This document shows positions 22,398-31,857 of a stretch of 31,857 bases of DNA, piece by piece. The stretch lies in assembly GCF_006345805.1 (NCBI RefSeq), contig NW_021832732.1:1-31857 (forward strand), in the 5' to 3' direction. Under the pieces are notes generated by a model. That model saw nothing but the letters and a program-made list of their open reading frames with translations, had not been told where the DNA came from and searched no databases. Position 1 is the first letter of the stretch. Every line of letters begins with the position of its first letter. The position numbers were made by a program, and so were the translations under genes. This DNA is from Octopus sinensis. Its lineage: Eukaryota.

Positions 22398-22852
22398 AAG
22401 GCGGTGGGAGCTGGCAGAAACGTTAGCACGCCGGGCGAAATGCTTAGTGGTATTTCGTCTGCCGTTACGTTCTGAGTTCAAATTCCGCCGAGGTCGACTT
22501 TGCCTTTCTTTCTGCCAGGATTAAATAAGTACCAGTTACTCACTGGGGTAGATATAATCGACTTAATCCGTTTGTCTGTCCTTGTTTGTCCTCTCTGTGT
22601 TTAGCCCCTTGTGGGTAGTAAAGAAATAGGTCTGCCGCTACGTTCTGAGTTCAAATTCCGCTAAGGTCGACTTTGCCTTTCATCCTTTCGGGGTCGATTA
22701 AATAAGTACCAGTTACGCACTGGGGTCGATATAATCCACTTAATCCTTGTTTGTCCTCTCCGTGTTTAGCCCCTTGTGGGCAGTAAAGAAATAGGTATTT
22801 CGTCTGCCGCTACGTTCTGAGTTCAAATTCCGCCGAGGTCGACTTAGCCTTT
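22398..22852 (+). mobile_element. SINE family A multimer (about 2.4 tandem units)
   Basis: The tail AAAGAAATA rejoins the internal GGT(ATTTCG)TCTGCC at ~22629 and ~22794. Confidence 0.9.
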
Positions 22853-23045
22853 TGTTGGTAAGCATAAAAAAAAATTAAAGCTGTAGTTGAGGAAAAGGTA
22901 GCTGACATGAAGGACCGGAAGACATCTGAATATTGGAAAAGATGTTACTTGTATCATGATGATTCGTGCAGGGTATAAAAAATGCCGACATCATGATTGC
23001 TGCTCAATGTTCTGAGAACAGTAAAAAAGCTGTAAGAGATGACGT

Positions 23046-23596
23046 AAGGAAATATGTGAATATCTCCTCTTGCACTTTTGGGGTGCAAGTTGGTGCAATC
23101 ACTTTCCGTTGCTTTTATATCCAGACTCTACCAGTCAAAGAAAAACACAAAACGCAGACGTAAAAAATAGATATACTTTATTGTTTTATAGTGAGAGATC
23201 AGTGGTATATTGATGTCCTTGGTTCTGGGCGCGCAAGGCTGAAAGTTAATCGATTGTAATATTTACAATGTTCAGCCGCTAAAAACAGAACGGGTCAAAA
23301 TGGCGTCCGGAGGAAGAAGATGATGTCTGCAACAATTCAGGTTAAAAGTCTTCGGCCAAAAGACTGCTGCTATCAAAACCGGAGAGAGAGCGAATTAAAC
23401 GTCTGCTTCTATGAAAAGCCTGCCGCTGTCTGTCGGACGCTAATGGTCAACGCTTTACGCTCCCTTGCCTCTTTGTTAAGGCTCGCTCTCCCTTGCCTCT
23501 ATAAGCTAAGGCCACGTCAGCAAAATTCCCTCTTTCGGACTTCGTGTATTCGCGAGAGGGCGTTGCGCGCGCGCGCTGTTGTATAGGATCACTACA
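23046..23596 (-). mobile_element. Probable solo LTR (551 bp) inserted in the mariner remnant
   Basis: 4-bp TSD ACGT at 23042-23045 and 23597-23600, and the transposase reading resumes across it. One end is ...CACTACA. Minus-strand AATAAA at 23177-23182. CpG-rich. The other TG end is imperfect. Confidence 0.5.
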
Positions 23597-23716
23597 ACGT
23601 GGATAGCTGCAAGGGAAATTACGAAGCCGTAGCCAGCAGGAATTCTGACTGCGTCCGTACGTCGGGATTCATCATGTCTTTGAACAGGGCCTCGGGCTCA
23701 TTTTAGACGGCTACGT

Positions 23717-24112
23717 TTTAGTGGAAGCACTCCGTCGGTTACGACGACGAGGGTTCCGGTTGATCCGAATCAACGGAACAGCCTGCTCGTGAAATTAACG
23801 TGTAAGTGGCTGAGCACTCCATAGACACGTGCACCCATCCTCAACGTAGTTCTCGGGGATATTCAGCATGACACAGAGTGTGACAAGGCCGGCCCTTTTG
23901 AAATACAGGTACAACAGAAACAGGAAGTAAGAGTGAGAGAAAGTTGTGGTGAAAGAGTACAGCAGAGATCACCACCATTCCCTGCCGGAGCCCCGTGGAG
24001 CTTTAGGTGTTTTCGCTCAATAAACACTCACAACGCCCTGTCTGGGAATCGAAACCGCAATCCTACGACCGCGAGTCCGCTGCCCTAACCACTGGGCCAT
24101 TGCACCTCCACC
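23717..24112 (-). mobile_element. SINE family C, full length
   Basis: 12-bp TSD AGACGGCTACGT at 23705-23716 and 24113-24124. Confidence 0.93.
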
Positions 24113-25016
24113 AGACGGCTACGTAAAGTTGCTGGAGACAGTGGTCAAACTCTGGCTAGAAACCGTTGCTGCTGGAAGGCAATATGAGTAGCTGCGGCAT
24201 TCGGCTCCTTGCCATACTTCTGAAAAGTGTCAGTTTTTCGGAGAATTTCTACGAAATACCAAGCCCCAATTTTTGGCCGTCTAATTTTCCCGATTGTAAT
24301 CCTATGGATTAGTACGTGGGGGTACGGTTGAAGAACAACAACAAACTGCTCTGTCAGCAATACTTTGTTGGTAGACAAGATCCATGCGGTGTTCGAAGAT
24401 TTTTCCAGGAACGCATGTGCCAGGTTCCGGGGTCATCTTGACGCGTGTGGAAGCAAAACTGTTATTGTTCAGTCATACTCTAGGTGTTATTTTTTGATTA
24501 AAAAAAAAAAACTTTTATTTTTGGATGGAATATTGTTTTCCTTTTTATTTTTCTGCAAACTGTCAATTTAGCCGAAACATCCTGTATATATAACATCACG
24601 CACACATGTAAACTATAATTATATATATTCGACATAAATAATCAGTACTTGTATTAATACTAAATTACCTGTTGTGTTGATTGTCTATAAACAAAAACAT
24701 GAAAAAACGGATTTATTAAACCGTATGTTGTGTAGGTAGGTACGCACGTATCTATATAAATATTTTTGTGTTTTCGTGTGTACAAGTCTAATACATACAG
24801 ACATACATACAGACCGACAGACATAGTTGTTTGTGATGGATTATCAGCTCTCTCTTAGAACACCAGGCTAACAATATTGGTGCGTATTTTGGTGGTAGGG
24901 TCCGAGGCTATAGTTCATCATCATTCTATATTGTAAATCCATGGTTGTATTCCCAGTTATAATGTTTTTTTTTTTTACACGACAAGGCATAAACAATAGT
25001 CATTATATATTTCTTA

Positions 25017-25610
25017 AGGCGGTGAGCTGGCAGAGTCGTTAGTACGCCGGGTGAAATGCTTGGCGGTATTTCTTCTGCCGCTACGTTCTGAGTTCAAATT
25101 CCGCCGAGGTCGACTTTGCCTTTCATACTTTCGGGGTCGATTAAATAAGTACCAGTTACGCAATGGGGTCGATATAATCGACTTAATCTGTTTGTCTGTC
25201 CTTGTTTGTCCTCTATGTGTTTTTAGCCTCTTGTGGCTAGTAAGAAATAGGTATTTCGTCTGCTGCCGCTACGTTCTGAGTTCAAATTCCGCCGAGGTCG
25301 ACTTTGCCTTTCATCCTTTCGGTGGTCGATTAAATAAGTACCATTTACGCAATGGGGTCGATATAATCGTTAATCCGTTTGTCTGTTTTTCTGTCCTTGT
25401 TTGTCCTCTCTGTGTTTAGCCTCTTGTGGGTAGTAAAGAAATAGGTATTTCGTCTGCCGCTACGTTTCTGAGTTCAAATTCCGATTCTGAGTTCAATTTT
25501 TGCCTTTCATCTATTCGGGGGTCGATGAACTAAGTCGATTACATGGGGTCGATGTAATCAACTACCCACCTCTCCCAAATTTCAGGCCTTGTGCTTTCAG
25601 TAGAAAAGAT
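25017..25610 (+). mobile_element. SINE family A multimer (about 3 units; last unit has the older tail)
   Basis: AAGAAATA|GGTATTTCGTCTGC junctions at ~25249 and ~25444. Confidence 0.9.
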
Positions 25611-25754
25611 TATTATATATTTCTTTATTGTAGTAAATTTGGCTTACCGCTGTTTCTAGCAGTCATTATAGGTTCGTTATTGATTTGTTAACTCAGTCGG
25701 ATCAATGAGCTAATAGAAGTAATTCTGAGTGGCCAGTGGCATGTATTTGAACAG

Positions 25755-26135
25755 CGTAGGAGTGGCTGTGTGGTAAGTAGCTTGCTTTCCAACCACATGG
25801 TTCCGGGTCGGTCCCACTGCGTGGCGCCTTCGGCAAGTGTCTTCTGCTATAGCCTCGGGTCGACCGAAGCCTTATGAGTGTATCTGGTAGACGGAAACTG
25901 AAAGAAGCCTATCGCATATATGTATATATATATACGTGTGTGTATGTGTTTGTGTGTCTGTGTTTGTCTCCCCAACATCGCTTGACAACCGATGCTGGTG
26001 TGTTTACGTCCCTGTAACTTAGTGGTTCGGCAAAAGAGACCGATAGACTAAGTACTAGGCTTACAAAGAATAAGTCCTGAGGTCGATTTTCTCGACTAAA
26101 GGCGGTGCTCCAGCATGGCCACAGTCAAATGAAAG
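25755..26135 (+). mobile_element. SINE family B, full length
   Basis: Colinear with 26931-27335. Confidence 0.9.
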
Positions 26136-26314
26136 AGCTTAGACAAATACAGGTATATCAAATACCATATAACATAAATTCTTGATGTATTAAATATCTT
26201 TCCATCTCTGAAACATGTCTTTATGATTACCAAACAGGAAAGGGGAGATAATCTCAAGAATCAAGTTTATCCAAAGGTGACATACCATTAAGAAAAAGAA
26301 CATGCTTATTGCCT

Positions 26315-26397
26315 GGAGATAAGAAGACAGTCGTGGACGCGTGTTTGTGACTCAAAAGCCGTTACCATCAGTACGACTATTGTCCAACCTTATCTCC
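26315..26397 (-). ncRNA. Degenerate hammerhead ribozyme with a long stem I
   Basis: GGAGAUAAG...AGUCGUA-CUGAUG-GUAAC..GUCAC-AAAC-ACGC-GUC-CACGACU...CUUAUCUCC. Core A9 and G12 are altered. Confidence 0.5.
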
Positions 26398-26639
26398 CAT
26401 AGCCGAGGGACTCAGGTATCTTTACAGGGCTTATTTGATGAGTGGGACGGAATCATTCTCAAACTGGAATTTGGTAGACGGAAACTGAAAGAAGCCCTGA
26501 ATGTGCCACGTGGTTGATAAAATAGGTGATTAAGTTCATTACTCATGTAAGCTATGGCGAGATTTGAACTTAGGATGCACAGAGCCGGAGTAAATATCGC
26601 AAGACATACAGTCCGACATTCTTATTGTTCTGCCGTGTG

Positions 26640-26905
26640 TGTGTTTGTGTTTGTGTTTGTCCCCATACTGCCGGAAAACCGGTGTTGATTTGTTTACATC
26701 CTCGTAACTTAGCGGTTCATCAAAGATCGAATACGTAACAAACCTAATAGTAAAAGTAAATATTGCGTCGATTTGTTCGATTAAAGCCTTCAAAACCGTG
26801 CCCCAGCATGGTCGCAGTTTAATGACTGAAGCAAGAATAAGAATCTAAGAATATGTATGTAACGACGGTGCACCAGCATGGCCGCAGCTCTGAGCTGAAA
26901 CTAGA
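26640..26905 (+). mobile_element. Family-B SINE 3' half followed by an isolated CR1-type tail
   Basis: GTGCCCCAGCATGGTCGCAGTTTAATGACTG and GGTGCACCAGCATGGCCGCAGCTCTGAGCTGAAAC. Confidence 0.7.
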
Positions 26906-26930
26906 GAAAAAAAAAAAAAGTAAATGTATA

Positions 26931-27335
26931 GGCGCAGGAGTGGCTGTGTGGTAAGTAGCTTGCCTACCAACCACATGGTTCTGGGTTCAGTCCCACTGCG
27001 TGGCATCTTGGGCAAGTGTCTTCTGCTATAGCCCCGGGCCGACCAATGCCTTGTGAGTGGATTTGGTAGACGGAAACTGAAAGAAGCCTGTCGTATATAT
27101 GTTATATATATATAATGTTGTATGTGTATGTATATGTTTGTGTGTTTGTGTTTGTCCTCTAGCATTGCTTGACACCGATGCTGGTGTGTTTACCTCCCCG
27201 TCACTTAGCGGTTCGGCAAAAGAGACCGATAGAATAAGTCCTGGGCTTACAAAAAATAAGTCCCGGGGTCGATTTGCTCGACTAAAGGCGGTGCTCCAGC
27301 ATGGCCGCAGTCAAATGACTGAAACAAGTAAAAGA
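26931..27335 (+). mobile_element. SINE family B, full length (tRNA head, CORE-like CTTGGGCAAGT, CR1-type tail)
   Basis: A box TGGCTGTGTGG and B box GGGTTCAGTCC; multiple copies in the window. Confidence 0.92.
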
Positions 27336-27573
27336 GCAAAGAGCATGTATGCCTGTATATGTGTGTGTGCGTGCGCGTGGACGTGCGTGTGTATGTGCGC
27401 GCGGGCATGTTTATGATAATACCCGATATTGAAAGGAAGACATTTTTCTTTAAATTCACATTTTCTAGAATTAATTAATACCACTGAGAAATTTTAATAT
27501 TGATTAACAGAGTATTTGATTCTATTCAATATACGTAAAAAGAGAAATGTACTGTTATATAAAACTGATAAGT

Positions 27574-27973
27574 GGATGGATGGATGGAAGCACTCCGTCG
27601 GTTGCGACGACGAGGGTTCCGGTTGATCCGAATCAACGGAACAGCCTGCTCGTGAAATTAACGTGTAAGTGGCTGAGCACTCCACAGACACGTGTACCCT
27701 TAACGTAGTATCTCGGGGATATTCAGCGTGACACAGAGAGTGACAAGGCCGGCCCTTTGAAAATACAGGTACAACAGAAACAGGAAGTAAGAGTGAGAGA
27801 AAGTTGTGGTGAAAGAGTACAGCAGGGATCACCACCATCCCTGCCGGAGCCTCGTGGAGCTTTAGGTGTTTTCGCTCAATAAACACTCATAATGCCCGGT
27901 CTGGGAATCGAAACCGCGATTCTACGACCGCGAGCCCGCTGCCCTAACCACTGGGCCATTGCGCCTACACAAG
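27574..27973 (-). mobile_element. SINE family C with (TCCA)n tail
   Basis: 10-bp TSD ACTGATAAGT at 27564-27573 and 27974-27983. Confidence 0.93.
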
Positions 27974-28097
27974 ACTGATAAGTATTTATGAACAGACTAT
28001 TGCGGGTTAAAAAAAAGAAGGCCGTCTAATTAGAGTGAGCTTCTTTTTTGGATATATGAACTACTGATGATGTATGTATGTATGTATGTATGTATGT

Positions 28098-28650
28098 CAG
28101 GTCACTTTCGAGTGCTACTGATAACATGTAACCCAATACAACCTGTTGCATGTTCGGGTCGTCGGCGACTAAACCGGCAACCCCACCAAGCTTGCTTGGT
28201 GAGGAGGGTGCTTATTGGACACCCTGCGGGATGAAAAAACAAAACCCGTCAAAGGGCGGAGGAACCCTTGAGAGTCAACGGCCATCCAATAAATGTCTTA
28301 AAGTTGTATCATGAGCGGGGACATAGAAATAATCGGACTGAATACCGATCGCGCGGTTAAACCATTGGAGTGAAGGACTCCTAGCTTTTGTTAGGGCATC
28401 CTTCTAGGAGAAGGTAACTCAGGTAACTGGGATAACTCCGACATAAAACTGCGGCTCAGTGGTTACCGATGATGTTGACTTGTTCTTCTTTTCGGATTAT
28501 GGCTGCTGTTGCTTAGTGAGTGGGATTTGACTCAGTGCACAGCCTTTCCTCACTTTAAAAAAAATCTTCTTGCTTGCACAGGCATTGCACGATAACCACA
28601 TTGATTAACTTCGTGCAATGACCATACTCGATAACGAGGGGGCAGCCACC
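28098..28650 (+). mobile_element. Non-coding, hairpin-rich retroposon bracketed by (ATGT)n; probably derived from an RTE 5' UTR
   Basis: At least 8 short hairpins. GGGCATCCTTCTAGGAGAAGGTAACTC resembles a motif I recall from RTE 5' UTRs. (ATGT)n at 28070-28097 and 28651-28712. Confidence 0.55.
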
Positions 28651-28898
28651 ATGTATGTATGTATGTATGTATGTATGTATGTATGTATGTATGTATGTAT
28701 GTATGTATGTATAAAGTAGGGTGCGTGTGCTGTAATGAATGTATTATTTTCTAGTTTTATTAATTTTAAAATCAAAATCTTTTCTGGGTTTTTAAATCAA
28801 AATTTTTCTGTGGTTTCCGTGAGCTCCTTTGTGATTTGTTTGAAAATGCGGTAAAGTTCTCAAATTCATCAACAATATTTCAGGACCTTAAACATACC

Positions 28899-29316
28899 TA
28901 TTTCTTTACTACCCACAAGGGGCTAACACAGAGGGGACAAACAAGGACAGACAAACGGATTAAGTCGATTATATCGACCCCAGGGCGTAACTGGTACTTA
29001 TTTAATCGACGACCCCGAAAGGATGAAAGGCAAAGTCGACCTCGGCGGAATTTGAACTCACAGCGTAATGGCAGACGAAATACCTATTTCTTTACTACCC
29101 ACAAGGGGCTAAACACAGAGAGGGGAAAACAAGGACAAACGGATTAAGTCGATTATATCGACCCCAGTGCGTAACTGGTACTTATTTAATTCGACCCCGA
29201 AAGGATGAAGGCAAAGTCAGACCTCGGCGGAATTTGAACTCAGAGCGTCACGGCAGACGAAATACCGCTAAGCATATCGCCCGGCGTGCTAACGTTTCTG
29301 CCAGCTCGCCGCCGTA
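28899..29316 (-). mobile_element. SINE family A dimer within a single TSD
   Basis: 17-bp TSD AGGACCTTAAACATACC at 28882-28898 and 29317-29333. Internal junction GACGAAATACC|TATTTC at ~29084. Confidence 0.92.
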
Positions 29317-29715
29317 AGGACCTTAAACATACCATCATCCTCATCGTCAGGATGAAATTATGTTGGTATTTATTCTCTCTATTTAACGTAGGCCGAGCCA
29401 AGTGACTAGTGTTAACTTTTAAATTACACATCGTAAATCACGTGCTTTATTTTTGCTTTGATTGATGTACATCTGTTTATTTAGCGTTTATACAGCAGTA
29501 TGAGTGTTGCTACCATCATTAATTTCTTTCGGCCTGCCCACTGTTAAGACCCAGCAACACGATCCATATCACTTTATCCTAAAGATGTGACTACGAGGTC
29601 TAGATTCGTTAATATATTGCGAATAAAGGGTTCAACGTTGGTTCTATGGCAGCGTGTGTATATAAATTTTTTTTGCGTAATAAGATAAAAAACCAAGGCT
29701 GTACAGATATTAGAG

Positions 29716-29850
29716 CATTTATAGATAGAAGGTCTACAGCTGTTTTCTAGGATATTAATTAATAATTTTCCTATCACCACCGCGTCTCCGATGAAGGGAT
29801 ATTATTAATTAATATCCTAGAAACAGCTGTAAGCCTTCTATCTATAAATG
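29716..29850 (+). ncRNA. Hammerhead-like motif within a ~50-bp-arm inverted repeat
   Basis: CCGAUGA (29788-29794), stem II GGAUAUU/AAUAUCC, GAAAC-AGCU-GUA. 29716-29766 is the reverse complement of 29801-29850. Confidence 0.6.
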
Positions 29851-30035
29851 GCTGCAGTCTAAAATAACTGAAAGAAACAAAAGGTGAATGATAGAATATA
29901 TTTCTTAAGAAGTTTTAGCTGTTAGTGACTAGGTTTAGTGTAATGTCAAGGAAGTATACTTTTTGTAGGTGGAGTTATTTAAAGGCGAAGTTTTACCTAA
30001 ATTTTCTATAGCATTTCAGATTGTTTATTTTTATA

Positions 30036-30569
30036 CCGTAAATCCTCGAGTATAGTCCGCCCTTGAGTATAATACGCAGGGGACTTTTAGAGAGCTGTAC
30101 CTCTGGTAACCTAAACCTTCTGTATAATACGCATCCCTTCTCTAACTTGAGTCAAGGAGTTCTATATAACGTCCTTGTTTTGTAAAAACTGTATACGGTG
30201 ACGTCCTTTATTATTATTATTATTGTATATATAAACATAATACAAACGTGTAGCTTTTTTGCGCATTTTTTTTGCAGAAAATAAAGAAATAACAATAATA
30301 ACATAACAAGGTTTAATAAATTGTTGCTTACTGCAAGTTATGGATGATTCTTTTGTGACTTCATCATGCTTTCATCAGGCTTAGCTTAAGGTATTTTCGT
30401 GCCCGACATCACAAAATGCGTCTGAATAAACATTGCCGTACAGCAAATAGAGACTCGGACATTGCTTAGAAAATAATTTTCATTTTTAACTTCGTATATA
30501 GTACGCACTAGGGATTTTGACCATTAAATTTTGGGGAAAAAAATGCGGATTATACTCTAGGATTTACGG
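30036..30569. mobile_element. pogo/Tc1-mariner-type MITE (534 bp)
   Basis: 25-bp TIRs CCGTAAATCCTCGAGTATAGTCCGC / GCGGATTATACTCTAGGATTTACGG, TA TSD, and sub-terminal GAGTATAATACGCA repeats. Confidence 0.9.
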
Positions 30570-31042
30570 TATGTAATATGAGTAATATGTTGGAGCTTAT
30601 AATCTCGCAAATCTCAGTTCGGTTTTTGACACCCATTAGCACTTTAAAGATTATACAGTTTTGTCAAAGGAAAGCAGTGACTGTGTAGTGTGCAATGTAA
30701 AATATTTATTTCTTCGTCTGTGACTGGGGTGTGGTAATATTTTTGTTCTGATTTTAGTGCTTTTAAAAGTATGTTTGATTAATGAGTGGTAGAATAAACT
30801 TGACTATTTTAAACTGTGTAAATTTTTTTATTGGTATCTGTTATCAGCCCTGTTGAATCAGTTGAATATAAACTTGGTGCTGTCCCTCAAAGGTAAATTT
30901 AATGTTTTGCTTCAAATAATTTTTGGGTGATTTTATCACGTACTGCATTGGCGACTGCGCAGGTGATTGTACAGGCCATAACCAATTAGCGAAAGCATAG
31001 TTACCAAGCCATATTCACGTATGAGTGACGACTATGGTAGTT

Positions 31043-31758
<716 letters not shown>

Positions 31759-31857
31759 CTGATATCAGACATTATATGCACGAATTTGAGATAGAAAACA
31801 GAAGCAGATGAATATCTAAGACTGTTTATGTAAATACATAAGAACAACAATTCGAAG

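Larger units (their letters stand above)
22900..24584 (+). mobile_element. maT/DD37D-type Tc1-mariner remnant, interrupted by two insertions
   Basis: ...AAQCSE.SKKAVRDD|VDSCKGNYEAVASRNSDCVR and DGYVKLLETVVK.WL...SAPCHTS...FWPSNFPDCNPMD*YVWG. Right end ...GCCGAAACATCCTG|TA. Confidence 0.75.

Noticed and set aside
22398-22852. Tandem repeats as a CRISPR-like array
   Set aside because: The units are ~185-bp SINE bodies with no unique spacers, no cas genes, and a eukaryotic context.
23300-23586. First exon or promoter of a host gene (ATGGCGTCC..., 88-aa ORF)
   Set aside because: The ATG frame stops after 7 codons, the 88-aa ORF has no recognisable motif, and the segment lies within a TSD-bounded insertion.

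Overview
Eukaryotic (animal), AT-rich, repeat-saturated genomic DNA. The SINE families look like those I recall from Octopus genomes; this is inference, not a database result. The only host gene I can support is the 3' part of a kinetochore SPC25 homolog on the + strand: three small phase-1 exons at 1665-1769, 15226-15324 and 18431-18552, which the ORF track does not reveal as a gene. Almost everything else is nested mobile DNA. It includes two Naiad-type Penelope-like elements (PLEs), two CR1-group LINEs, RTE, HERO-like and R4/Dong-like LINE remnants, and at least four tRNA-derived SINE families. It also includes a maT/DD37D Tc1-mariner remnant carrying a probable solo LTR, piggyBac- and pogo-type MITEs, and microsatellites. 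The most unusual signal is six sequence-unrelated hammerhead-ribozyme (HHR) motifs, several in inverted-repeat arrangements. One is fused to a tRNA-derived Pol III head in the last SPC25 intron, and a structurally complete one lies at 19305-19400 (-). There is also evidence of SINE/LINE tail sharing with covarying stem-loops, and a SINE that inserts at, and multimerises via, GGT sites. Most ORFs in the supplied track are spurious.
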